From a virus: a DNA stretch of 64,000 nucleotides. The stretch covers positions 1-64,000 of the IMG/VR virus record IMGVR_UViG_3300017605_001304. One strand, written 5' to 3'. The first letter of the stretch is position 1. Each line of letters starts with the position of its first letter. The position numbers and the translations under genes were made by a program. This document shows, in pieces, positions 53,035 to 62,637 of this stretch. The notes under the pieces are model-generated. The model worked only from the letters and a program-made list of their open reading frames with translations. It made no database searches and was not told the origin of the DNA.

Positions 53035-53652
53035 ATGAGCATGTCTGATCCGTGCGGTCCGGAGTGGGACGCGGTCGTGCCGTTCCTCGTGAACCTCGCG
53101 ACGCAGAGCAAGGTGCCCAAGATCGCCTGCACCCGCTGCGGCGCGATGATGTTCCAGAAGACGGAGAAGCTCGTCACGCACTACGGCGTCGCCTTCTCCG
53201 CGGACGGGACGACGCACACGATCGAGCGCTGCGAGCCGCGCGGGGTCCAGCGGCGGGTCTGGGGAGAGCGCCCGAGCCGGTCGCCCAAGGACGCCATGTC
53301 TTCCTTGCTGGAAGACATGACCCACCAGCTCCCCTGTAAGAAGTGTCACAACGACGTCCGTGCGCTCAGTTCGAAGCTGAGCGGATTCTTCTGGTTCTTC
53401 TACCAGCCCGACAGCCCGAGTCGGGTCTCTCCGAAGATCGCCTTCGAGCACGACGGCACCCCGCACGAGAAGGTCTGCATCGGGCTGAAGCGCAAGCCGA
53501 GCGTGCTGCCGAAGCTGGTTCACGCGACGCCGATGGTCCTGACGCTGCTGGCCGTCGTCGGCCTGTTCCGCGAAGCCGTGCTCCACGTCGACGCGATCCG
53601 TGCCACCGCCGTGCACGCCCTGCAGGCCCTGCTCGACTTCATCAAGAACTGA
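53035..53652 (+). CDS. Hypothetical Cys-containing protein
   Basis: CTRC...CKKC; RBS. Confidence 0.6.
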   Translation: MSMSDPCGPEWDAVVPFLVNLATQSKVPKIACTRCGAMMFQKTEKLVTHYGVAFSADGTTHTIERCEPRGVQRRVWGERPSRSPKDAMSSLLEDMTHQLPCKKCHNDVRALSSKLSGFFWFFYQPDSPSRVSPKIAFEHDGTPHEKVCIGLKRKPSVLPKLVHATPMVLTLLAVVGLFREAVLHVDAIRATAVHALQALLDFIKN

Positions 53653-53654
53653 CC

Positions 53655-53987
53655 ATGACCAAGCGCGCACTCATCCACTACCGCTACGGCCGGTACGGCA
53701 ACGACCTCCTCTGGGCCCACCTCCGCCGCCGCGTCGGGCGGAGACGGAAGCTAGGGGCGGGCTGCGCCTGCGGCGACTGCACGCGCGAACGACGCCGCAG
53801 GCGAGAGCTCCCCGCCGGCCTGGGCACGATGCGGGCCGAGCTCGATCGCATCGGCTTCGCGCTCATGACTCAGCGGCGCCTCGCCCGCATCCTGACGAAG
53901 GAGCGCCCGCCTCGATCGGACCTAGAGGCGACGCCAGCGCGCGGCTTCTTCCTTCCCAACAACTTCTCCTTCAGCATGAACTGGTGA
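53655..53987 (+). CDS. Basic hypothetical protein
   Basis: CACGDC; in operon. Confidence 0.5.
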   Translation: MTKRALIHYRYGRYGNDLLWAHLRRRVGRRRKLGAGCACGDCTRERRRRRELPAGLGTMRAELDRIGFALMTQRRLARILTKERPPRSDLEATPARGFFLPNNFSFSMNW

Positions 53988-53990
53988 CCC

Positions 53991-54335
53991 ATGAGCCCTA
54001 CGTACTGGAACCTGCAGCGCTACAGCAGCAAGGGCGACAAGATGCTCGGCGAGTTGATCCGCACGCACTTCTGCAAGCGGGGACGCGTCGAGAATTCCTG
54101 GGGCCCCGCTAAGCCGTACACGGCGCACTACCTGCCGGCCGGCGTCAAGAAGATGTACGGAGACCTGAAGCGGCGGGGCAGCAGCCTGCCCAAGGAGACG
54201 TGGTACGTACTGAACCCTAATCATGACATGATCTTCAAGCTCGCTCGCGCAGAGGCTCGCTATGCGGAGGAAGAGGCGAAAGAGAAGGAGTGGCGGCTGA
54301 CACTCCGCGCTGGCTACAACGCGCGGTGGCGGTAA
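53991..54335 (+). CDS. Hypothetical protein
   Basis: Last plus-strand ORF before convergence with the tail genes. Confidence 0.55.
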   Translation: MSPTYWNLQRYSSKGDKMLGELIRTHFCKRGRVENSWGPAKPYTAHYLPAGVKKMYGDLKRRGSSLPKETWYVLNPNHDMIFKLARAEARYAEEEAKEKEWRLTLRAGYNARWR

Positions 54336-54338
54336 ACC

Positions 54339-54911
54339 TCACGAACCAACGTACGTCGCTTGGATCTCCCACTGCAGCGTGGCAGAGAAGCTCCCGTCCA
54401 AAGTAAGGTCCGTGAACTTCTTGTAGGTCACGAGGCTCGGGCTCGCGCTCGACGCAAGTAGGCCCGCTTCGTTGATCGTCTGCGAGCCGGAGCCCGGCCA
54501 GCCGCCCGGCCCCGCCGCCAGCAGCAGGTCGAGCTGCAGCTTGCCGGTCGGCGAGAAGGTGACCGACGGCGGCGCCGAGTAGATCTGGTTGCCGAGCGCC
54601 GTGAGCCCCGGGTCCTCGGTGACCGACGCGTTGCCGATCGCGAACGTGTCGATCTGATACGAAGACGAGCTGGGGTACTGTGCGCAGAGCGTGCGGACGA
54701 TGTTGTCGAGGCCCGAGTTGACCACGATGTTGCGTCCGAGCACGCGCGTGATGATCGTGCCGTTGGGATAGACCAGCTTCGCGGACAGGTGTCCCTTGAA
54801 GCCAAGCCGATCATTCGAGCCCGACAGGATCAGCAGATCCTGGTAGCGCTTGCCGAAGACGTGGAAGTCGTCGCCTTCGAACTCGCGACGAAGTTCATGC
54901 GTGTCTGCCAT
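54339..54911 (-). CDS. Tail/baseplate-associated protein
   Basis: NIVVNSG...AIG...TALGN...INEAGL...W.I pattern typical of fibre-attachment proteins. Confidence 0.7.
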   Translation of the reverse strand: MADTHELRREFEGDDFHVFGKRYQDLLILSGSNDRLGFKGHLSAKLVYPNGTIITRVLGRNIVVNSGLDNIVRTLCAQYPSSSSYQIDTFAIGNASVTEDPGLTALGNQIYSAPPSVTFSPTGKLQLDLLLAAGPGGWPGSGSQTINEAGLLASSASPSLVTYKKFTDLTLDGSFSATLQWEIQATYVGS

Positions 54912-54921
54912 GGGATTTCCT

Positions 54922-57900
54922 TTACGGCTGCGCCTGGAACTTCATCGTGATGGTGCCGCCTCGAATCGTTGCAGCGGATCCGTCGTTCGAGACGCTCACC
55001 GCCAGCTTGGCCGTCGGTGAAGAGAAGAGCAGGTTCAACGCCGCCGTCGAGAAGGTCACCGGAGATCCGGCCCCCACCAACGTCAGCGTCGCGGTCGTGA
55101 GCGCGGTCAAGTTGCGGAACGTCACGGTCACTGCCTGACCCGACGTGAGCCCCGCCATCAGGGTGAGCGTCGCCTCCACGAGGCGGACCGGCTTGCCCCC
55201 GGACGGGATGTTGGTGCCGTTCGTCGGAGAGCCGAGAACGTAGAGCGCCGTGTCGCTCGTCGACAGCGACACCGGCATCGAGCAGGTCACGTACGAGTAG
55301 CTCTGGCCGACAAGCTGGTTCGAGACGCCGGTGAGCTGGCCGGTCATCGTCGCCGCGGTGGCCGTGTAGCCGCCCGGCGTCAGCGTCACGGCGAGGCTCT
55401 CGCCGTTGATCTGGTCGGAGCCACCGGAGAGGTGGCTCGCAGCGTGGGGATCCGGGTTGAACGAGGGCGGCTTGTTCGAGAGGTCCGCGTAGCTGATCTG
55501 CCCGCCCGTGCCGACGCCGGCATGCGTGTGCGAGAAGATCCTTGACGCCGACTCGTTGCAGAGCGGGCCGGAAGCGTTGCGTCCGATGAAGATCACCGGC
55601 CCGCCGCCCGTCGCGGTACCGAGCGAATACTGCGTGGCCGAGTCGAACGAAGACGTCACGAGGACGTGCTTCGCCGGCAGGTTGCCGGTGTGGATGCCAG
55701 CGGCCGGGTCGAGCGCGTGGGACTTGTTCGTCACGTCCGTCGCGAAGTCGACGGCCGTGTACCCGCCCGTGTTGTGCTTGTGGCTGCCCGCCGCCACCTG
55801 CCCGCTGGTCGAGCCGACGTCGGCGACGAGCTGGTTCGCAGCGAACGTGAGGCCCGTGCCCGCGTCGACGTTGACCGTCGCCTTGCCGGCCAGCGGGTTC
55901 GAGACGTTGAGACCCTGCGTCCCGAATTCGAGCGTCGTGATGTTCGAGAAGGAGCCGCCGCCCGTTTCCTGGACGGCCAGAGTGCCCCCACCGCCACCAC
56001 TGGCCGCAACGCTCACGTCGACTCGGAACGAGTTCGTCCCGATGTTGACCGGCGTCACCGTCCAGGTGGCCGAAGTCGTGTTGATGAAGTTGATCTGGTC
56101 GAGCGTCTTCCCGTCCTGGAGGACCGTGCCGCCAAGCGAGACGTGCGGGTTGACGTTCGCGCAGTCCTCGACCGTCGCGAGCTTGGTGCGCTCAGTCGAG
56201 AGCATCAGGACCTTGTTCGTACCGTCCGCAATCGCGTCCGCGTTGTTCGTGGTCGTGTCGAAGAGGCCCGAGATGGTCCGGGTGACCGTCCCGTTGCCAA
56301 TCGTATTGCCGGTCGCGACGAGCTGCGTGCCCTGCACGAACGAGCCCGACGCCACGGCGGATGCGAACACGCCGCCTCCGCTGAAGACGGCGCTGCCCTT
56401 GAAGGGACTCGTCGAGTCCTTGGGGAAGAGCTGGATCAGCGGGCTGGCGTTGTTCTGGACATCCGTGATCTCGAAGGTGCTCTGCCGCCCTGTCGAGAGT
56501 TCGTTGTAGACGTTGATCTGCCAACGCTCTTTCAGAGAGTTGGCCGAGTCTCGGTTCAGGAAGTTGATCGTCGTCGGATCGGTGTTGTTGATGGCGGCGA
56601 TGGCCACAGCAGCCTGCTGCGTCGAGTGGGTCGAGCGCAGCCAGGGCTCGATGTAGACCCGCGCGTATCCAGGGACGATGCCTGCTGGGTTCGCGGCGTC
56701 CGACGAGCTCAGCACGAGGCGGCCGTTCTTGCCCAGCCACGTGGTCGGATTCGTGTCCGTCCCGAAGTAACGGGACGGGTTGAGCACGTGCGAGAACGAC
56801 GTCGACGCGTCGAAGGGTCCCGCGCCGCCCCAGGTCAGGTCTTTGGTCTTCGTGCGCTCGTAGAGGCTCGACCCCGAGCCCGAGCTCACCGTCTTCAGCG
56901 GGCCATCCACCAGGAGGACTCGGTCCCCGTCCGCGCTGTACGGGCCGCCGTCCGCGGTCGCGAAGGCCGAGTCGTTGAACACGAGCTGGCCGACGTTGTT
57001 GATCGCTGTGGAGCCCGAGACCGCCGTGCCGTTCTGCACCGCCGTGTCGAGGTACTTGCTGACGTCGAAGCCCGAGCCGCCTCCACCGGAGACGGCCATG
57101 TTGATGATGCCTGAGCCGCCCGACGAGAACGTCACGTTCGTCGTCGTGCCCTTGAGCGTGAACGAGCTGCCGGGGTTACCAGCGTTCAGCGTGAAGCTGT
57201 TGCCGTTCGCGTCCTGCAGCGAGAGCGAGCTGTACGCGTTCTGCGCGTTCACCGGCGTCCAAACGTTGGTCGCGGCGTCGTAGACGTAGACGCGCTTCTC
57301 ATTCAGGACGAGCGCGGTGACGCCCGACGGCGGATGCAGGCCGAACCAGCCCGAGCCAGGAGCCACGCGCGGCAGGTCGATCGCAGTCGCGACCGGCGTG
57401 ACCCAGTAAGGCGTCGGGCCGAGCGACTGCGCCGAGCCCGTTGTCGTGTAGGGGCGGACGGTGTCCAGACTGGTCCCAGTGACACCGTTCAGCCAGGACG
57501 GCTTAGTGCCGGTAACCGGGTCGATGCTGAGCGCGACGAGCTGCCGAATCATCGAGCTGATCGCGGTGGTGGCACCCCAGTCCGTGCCGCCGAACGTCGA
57601 GTGGGCCGGCGGCGCTGTCTTGCCGCTCTTGCCGTACTCCGCCGAGTTGTAAGTGGTGAGGTCGAGGATCTGGCTGCGCCGCGGCTGGGTCAACCAGTCC
57701 GTCGGCCGCAGGTTCAGGTTGTCGAGATAGTTCGTGTTCCACAGGAAGTCGATCGGGCTCATCGACAGGAAGGGATCGCGCTTGTTGATCGCGTCGCCCA
57801 GGTTCACGTTCCAGAGCGTCGTGAAGCTGCGGTCGCCCGTGCAGATCATCGTGCCCGGGTAAGAGACATAGTTGTAGGTCGGGCCCGAAGGATCGAACGG

Positions 57901-60525
57901 AGGAGGCGGAGGAGGCGGAGGAGGATCACCGCCACCCGCGCCGCCCGGGCCACCGCCTGTGCCGCCGCCACCCCCGCCACCGCCCGTGTCGGTCGTCGAC
58001 CAACGGAAGCGGCGGTTCGTGGTGTCCTGTTCGATCAGGATGCCCGGACCAGCGACGAACTCGCACGGGAACTCCGGCGTGCAGTCGTTGACGATGCCAC
58101 TGGAAGGCGCCGTCCAGGTCGTGCCAACCCGCAGGCTCGTGATCAGGTCGCGCAGACGCGCACCTGAGACTTCCGGCAGGCCGGGCATCGTGCCGCTGAC
58201 CTGCTCGCGGACGATGAACTTGTCGACGATCGACGTCACCGTCTGCGTGATGTGGTTGCCGAGGATCACGCCCGCGAGCGTGCCCCAGGTGCCTGCAATC
58301 GTGGTCGTGAGGATCGGCGTCTCGTCCTGCTCCCAGCGCGTGGGATCGGTCGAGGAGCGCCACCAGACCTTGAGCGTCGGCGTCGTGCTGCCGCTGAGGC
58401 TTGCACGCAGGACCTGCCCGCGCGCCGAGTTCAGCGCCTCCGTGTCCTGCGTGCCGAGCACGTTCAGCGCAAGGCCGCCCGAGCCGTTGGGACCCACCGT
58501 GCCCCAGATCAAACGGCCCGTCGGGACCACGTACGTCGGATCCGTCGGGACCTTGCCGTTTCCGTGCGTGACGAGGACGAAGATCGCGTGGTCGACCTCG
58601 GTGCCGTTCAGCACGCCGCCCAGCAAGACGCCGCAGCCCGTCTTGTAGAGCAGCGGCTGCGTGCCATTCGAGTCGTTGTCGCCGACCTGATTGTCGCCCG
58701 ACATACGGGCCGAGATCGCGACCATCATCGCGGCGGTCGGGAAGCCACCGACCGACGTGACGTTGTTCTGATAGAGGTACGCCGCGAACGCATCCGCCAC
58801 GCCGCTGATGCAGTCGCTCGGCGCGAGCTCGATCCGGTTGTTGTTGACGCGGGCACCGAAGGTGCCGCCCTGGCTGGAGCCCGTGGTCCACGCCACGCTG
58901 TCGGCCGAGCTGCCAAGCGACGGCTGCGTCGTCGACGCGCGGTTCTTGAAGTCGTCCTTCAGATCCGGCGCGCGGTAGAGATCGCGGACGCCCGTGCCGT
59001 GCACGCCGAAGGAGTTGAACGTGCCAGAGAACGTCCCGAAGAAGCGCGAGTCCTTGGCGTCGATCAGCTCGGGGATGTCGGAGATGTGCAGCGCGGCCGT
59101 GGTCGAGTTCGGGCCCGAGGTCGAGAAGTAGTGGTCGTAGCTCCCCGTCGTGCCCTTCACGAGGCCGGACGGGTTGTAGTCGAGCGTGGTGCGCAGGCGA
59201 TACGCCTCACGCTCCGGCACGTACTTGATGTGCCGGAAGCCGTCCGGGATGGCCCGCTTCCAAGCCGGCGTCGCAGCGATGCCGGTGCGGCGGACGTTCC
59301 ACGCCCACGGGATGCCGGTGTCGCGTGCGTAGCGAACCTCGCCGTCCGCAAGGCCCGTGGCCGGCAGGAGCTGCGAAGAGTCGACCGGCGGCCCGTAGAG
59401 GCCAATCCCGGCCCAGCGGTCGACGCCACGGAGCAGGGGGACCCACTCCGGGGCAGCCTGGGTCCAGGGGCGGAACGCCTGATGGTCCTCGATCATGATC
59501 GTGCCGGTGAGCGCGTGGTCGTATTCGTCGAGGTTGATCAGCCCCGTGTTGACGCCGAGCAGGACCGAGCTCGCGTCGTTCTGGACCATCGCGATCGAGA
59601 TGTACGCCGTGCCGCCGAAGGGGTCGGTCGACGGGCCCGGCACCTGGACCAGGAGCCGGTTGTCGGCGGTGAGCGAGGCGAACGTCGCCGTCTGGTACTG
59701 CGGGAAGCCTGAGACCGTGAACGCGGTGCGGCAGAAGGTGTTGATGGTCGACGGAATGGCGCTGCGCACCATCGAGCCGTTGACCAGCGCGATCGGGACG
59801 TCGACCTCCGTCGTGTCCTTCGCCTTGATCTTGAAGTGCAGGCCATTGCGGCCGGTCAGGTCGATCGTGGCGGCGAGCACCGGGCCCAGGATCTGAGCCG
59901 GACCGCGATTGCGGAACTTGATCTCTTGCTCGAAGGTCGCGGCGTCCGCCGCCACGTTCCAAAGCGCGCCGTCAAGAGGGTCCGAGCCCCGGTACGTGTA
60001 CGGCGGGCCAGATTCGCGCTTGCTCAGCGCGAGGATCTGCTCCAAGCCATCGAACTTGTTGGTCGGGGTGTCCAGGTTGTTCGTGTACGTATCGACCTTG
60101 ACGATCGAGTTCGCCCCGGCGTAGGGCGACTTCAGCAGGACGAATCCGTCGAGCTGATAGGCCAGAGTGCCGCTACCTCCCGCGCCCGTGTACGCGGTGT
60201 TGATCGTCGTAATGACGTCGGCCAGGGTGCGAGCGTTCGCAGGCGACGCTCCACCGGTCGAGCAGTCGACGTCAAACGTCAGGTTCGTCACCACCGACGA
60301 CGACGTGTTCGTCGTGATGCGGAGGAACTTCCCGGACGACAGATCTTGGGTCCCACCCGTGGTCCAGCGCCGGTCACCGGCGAGCTGGGCAGGAGTTCTG
60401 TTCTCGGTCGGGCTGCGCAGGTGCGTCGCCAGCATGCCGAGGTTTCGACGAAGTTCACTGCTCTTAACGCGCCCGCCGTAGACCGGCAGCGTCGGGTCAA
60501 AAGCGAAGAGATCGGTAGCAGCCAT
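54922..60525 (-). CDS. Large tail fibre / receptor-binding protein
   Basis: 1867 aa, G/S/T-rich; poly-Gly/Pro hinges; HxH and HAASH..GG.D motifs; next to baseplate genes. Confidence 0.75.
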   Translation of the reverse strand: MAATDLFAFDPTLPVYGGRVKSSELRRNLGMLATHLRSPTENRTPAQLAGDRRWTTGGTQDLSSGKFLRITTNTSSSVVTNLTFDVDCSTGGASPANARTLADVITTINTAYTGAGGSGTLAYQLDGFVLLKSPYAGANSIVKVDTYTNNLDTPTNKFDGLEQILALSKRESGPPYTYRGSDPLDGALWNVAADAATFEQEIKFRNRGPAQILGPVLAATIDLTGRNGLHFKIKAKDTTEVDVPIALVNGSMVRSAIPSTINTFCRTAFTVSGFPQYQTATFASLTADNRLLVQVPGPSTDPFGGTAYISIAMVQNDASSVLLGVNTGLINLDEYDHALTGTIMIEDHQAFRPWTQAAPEWVPLLRGVDRWAGIGLYGPPVDSSQLLPATGLADGEVRYARDTGIPWAWNVRRTGIAATPAWKRAIPDGFRHIKYVPEREAYRLRTTLDYNPSGLVKGTTGSYDHYFSTSGPNSTTAALHISDIPELIDAKDSRFFGTFSGTFNSFGVHGTGVRDLYRAPDLKDDFKNRASTTQPSLGSSADSVAWTTGSSQGGTFGARVNNNRIELAPSDCISGVADAFAAYLYQNNVTSVGGFPTAAMMVAISARMSGDNQVGDNDSNGTQPLLYKTGCGVLLGGVLNGTEVDHAIFVLVTHGNGKVPTDPTYVVPTGRLIWGTVGPNGSGGLALNVLGTQDTEALNSARGQVLRASLSGSTTPTLKVWWRSSTDPTRWEQDETPILTTTIAGTWGTLAGVILGNHITQTVTSIVDKFIVREQVSGTMPGLPEVSGARLRDLITSLRVGTTWTAPSSGIVNDCTPEFPCEFVAGPGILIEQDTTNRRFRWSTTDTGGGGGGGGTGGGPGGAGGGDPPPPPPPPPFDPSGPTYNYVSYPGTMICTGDRSFTTLWNVNLGDAINKRDPFLSMSPIDFLWNTNYLDNLNLRPTDWLTQPRRSQILDLTTYNSAEYGKSGKTAPPAHSTFGGTDWGATTAISSMIRQLVALSIDPVTGTKPSWLNGVTGTSLDTVRPYTTTGSAQSLGPTPYWVTPVATAIDLPRVAPGSGWFGLHPPSGVTALVLNEKRVYVYDAATNVWTPVNAQNAYSSLSLQDANGNSFTLNAGNPGSSFTLKGTTTNVTFSSGGSGIINMAVSGGGGSGFDVSKYLDTAVQNGTAVSGSTAINNVGQLVFNDSAFATADGGPYSADGDRVLLVDGPLKTVSSGSGSSLYERTKTKDLTWGGAGPFDASTSFSHVLNPSRYFGTDTNPTTWLGKNGRLVLSSSDAANPAGIVPGYARVYIEPWLRSTHSTQQAAVAIAAINNTDPTTINFLNRDSANSLKERWQINVYNELSTGRQSTFEITDVQNNASPLIQLFPKDSTSPFKGSAVFSGGGVFASAVASGSFVQGTQLVATGNTIGNGTVTRTISGLFDTTTNNADAIADGTNKVLMLSTERTKLATVEDCANVNPHVSLGGTVLQDGKTLDQINFINTTSATWTVTPVNIGTNSFRVDVSVAASGGGGGTLAVQETGGGSFSNITTLEFGTQGLNVSNPLAGKATVNVDAGTGLTFAANQLVADVGSTSGQVAAGSHKHNTGGYTAVDFATDVTNKSHALDPAAGIHTGNLPAKHVLVTSSFDSATQYSLGTATGGGPVIFIGRNASGPLCNESASRIFSHTHAGVGTGGQISYADLSNKPPSFNPDPHAASHLSGGSDQINGESLAVTLTPGGYTATAATMTGQLTGVSNQLVGQSYSYVTCSMPVSLSTSDTALYVLGSPTNGTNIPSGGKPVRLVEATLTLMAGLTSGQAVTVTFRNLTALTTATLTLVGAGSPVTFSTAALNLLFSSPTAKLAVSVSNDGSAATIRGGTITMKFQAQP

Positions 60526-60534
60526 GAGGCCCTC

Positions 60535-62637
60535 TTAGGTGTCCCAGCGGACGTCGTCGGCATCGAACGCCGATGCAGAAACGTCCCAGCGAGGCTCCGC
60601 CACCAGGATGGTCAAGCGGTCGGTGATGCCGACCGTTTCAAGGAAGAGCAGGAGATCGGGGATCACGTCCAGCGTGTCCGCGATTCCAACGGTTTCGGTG
60701 AACCGGTAGAGCCGGTTCAGTTGGTCGACGAAGCCGACCACCGACAGTTCATCGACTGCCGCGGCCACGAGTGCAACTTCGACGTGGATCGGACGGATGT
60801 CCTTCAGGCGCTTTACAATTCGCTGAAAGACGTCCGCAGAGAACTGGACGTTGGGGTTGAGCTTGCGCAGCAAGACCGTGATGTCGGAATCCGGGATGCG
60901 CAGGTCCGGGTTGCGGAAGCCGATGTTGCCGTTGTTCCGGCGGAACGCGAGGTTGGTGACCGCGTCTTCGCCAGCCCCGGACTTGATCAGCACGTCGGTC
61001 AGCGTCGAGGACTTGAAGTTGTCGAACTTCACGGTCGTCGGAATCGTGCCGAAGATCGGCATCGCGCACAGGAACATGTGGCTCGACGTGCCATAGCCAC
61101 CGAGGAACGTCGACCCCGTCGGGAAGTTGTCGAAGACCGGCGTCCCGTCTTGCCAAACCTGGACCGACTGCGACGCCATGCGGACCTTGAAATGGGTCCA
61201 GGTATTCGGGAACAGGATGGCCGTGGTCGCCTGCGGCGGCGTCGCATCGACCTTGAGGGTCAAGGCAGCGTCGTTGACCGTGAGACGCATCTGTGGAGAG
61301 GTACGTGTGTCGTTCGCGATCTCGAAGATCGAGAGCTTGTTGCCGGGGGCGAGGGAGATCGCGCCCAAGTTCACGTCGAACTCGAAGACGAAGTCATGGA
61401 CGCCGCAGTGCTTGCCGATGTAGGCACCGCCCGACGCGGTCGACTTCAGGTTCAAGATGCCCGACGAGACGGTGATCGTGCCGGCGCCGGCCGTGCCCGT
61501 GACGTCCCAACGCGTCGTGTCGTTCGAGCTGAAGTCGTCGGAGAAGAGCTCTCGCAGCGCCACGTTGTCGATCGCGCGCGGCTCTCCGACTGCTGGCTGA
61601 CTGAAGCTGTCGTCATGGGGCGGGAGCTCTTCAACGCCCGGCTCGTCGACCGGGGCGTGGGTGTAGTTCGAGAAGCGTTCCTGGACACGGCTCTGGAAGC
61701 CGAAGGTCTTGAAGAGCAGGCGGAACGAGTCGATGGTGCCCTTCAGCTTGTACGCCGGCACGGCACTCAGGATCTGCTGCTTCTGCAGGTCTTCCGGGTC
61801 AGTTGCTTCCGGCTCGAAGCCCACCTGCTGTGCGATGTAGTTCAAGCTGGTGAACTGCGGCGTGATCCCGAAGAGCGACGTCGCCGTCGGCGGCTGCTCG
61901 AAGGGCGAGTCGACGCCCAGGATGTAGGAGATCGGGTTGCCGGCCGGATCCTTACGCACGAAGAAGGTCGTGATGCGCTTGGTCTGGATCGGCGTGCCGC
62001 CCGGACCCGCGTAGATGCGGACGAACCAGTCGCGGTAGTAGTCCGTGGTCGGGATGATCGAGCGGCCCTGCGCATCCGTGGCCGGCAAGTAGACGAAGCG
62101 CGGCTGCGAGATCTCGAAGGCGATGTTCATCCCGCCAGCCAGCAGCGTGACCATGTCCGGCGGGAACGGCGGGAAGACGAAGACCGTGCCGACTCCTGTG
62201 GTCGCGTCGTACTCGTAGTTGACGATCTTGGTGTAGAAGTTCTCGAAGCTCTTCGGGAAGCCTGCCGCCTGATCCTCCTCGAACACGCCGTCCCCGTTCG
62301 CGTCGTACTTCGAGCGCAGGACGCGCAGGCCATAGCCGAGGTAGAAGTCGTTGAGCGGCGCGATGTTCGTCACGAGCTGGAGCAGGGTATTCGGCTGGAT
62401 CTGGCCGATGAGGAGCTTCTCGGGGTTGTTCACATAGTCGAAGACCGGATTGCCCTGATACTCGTACGTGCTGTTGATGCCGTCGACGTCGATGAGCAGA
62501 CCGAGCCCACGGATCTCGGAGCGGCAACGCTCGTACTCTTGCTGGACCGCGTCGAACAGGGTCTTGAGAGCAAGATCGGGGTCGCCTTCTCGGATCGTGT
62601 AGGGCAGGAGATCGAAGATGCGAACGGTGGACGGCAT
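60535..62637 (-). CDS. Baseplate protein (P2 gpI-like) with lectin-like insertion
   Basis: LNYIAQQVG...AVPAYKLKGTIDSFRLL; IRPIHV. Confidence 0.75.
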   Translation of the reverse strand: MPSTVRIFDLLPYTIREGDPDLALKTLFDAVQQEYERCRSEIRGLGLLIDVDGINSTYEYQGNPVFDYVNNPEKLLIGQIQPNTLLQLVTNIAPLNDFYLGYGLRVLRSKYDANGDGVFEEDQAAGFPKSFENFYTKIVNYEYDATTGVGTVFVFPPFPPDMVTLLAGGMNIAFEISQPRFVYLPATDAQGRSIIPTTDYYRDWFVRIYAGPGGTPIQTKRITTFFVRKDPAGNPISYILGVDSPFEQPPTATSLFGITPQFTSLNYIAQQVGFEPEATDPEDLQKQQILSAVPAYKLKGTIDSFRLLFKTFGFQSRVQERFSNYTHAPVDEPGVEELPPHDDSFSQPAVGEPRAIDNVALRELFSDDFSSNDTTRWDVTGTAGAGTITVSSGILNLKSTASGGAYIGKHCGVHDFVFEFDVNLGAISLAPGNKLSIFEIANDTRTSPQMRLTVNDAALTLKVDATPPQATTAILFPNTWTHFKVRMASQSVQVWQDGTPVFDNFPTGSTFLGGYGTSSHMFLCAMPIFGTIPTTVKFDNFKSSTLTDVLIKSGAGEDAVTNLAFRRNNGNIGFRNPDLRIPDSDITVLLRKLNPNVQFSADVFQRIVKRLKDIRPIHVEVALVAAAVDELSVVGFVDQLNRLYRFTETVGIADTLDVIPDLLLFLETVGITDRLTILVAEPRWDVSASAFDADDVRWDT

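Noticed and set aside
57898-57985. GGA/GCC-type simple repeats
   Set aside because: They encode the poly-Pro/poly-Gly hinge of the tail fibre
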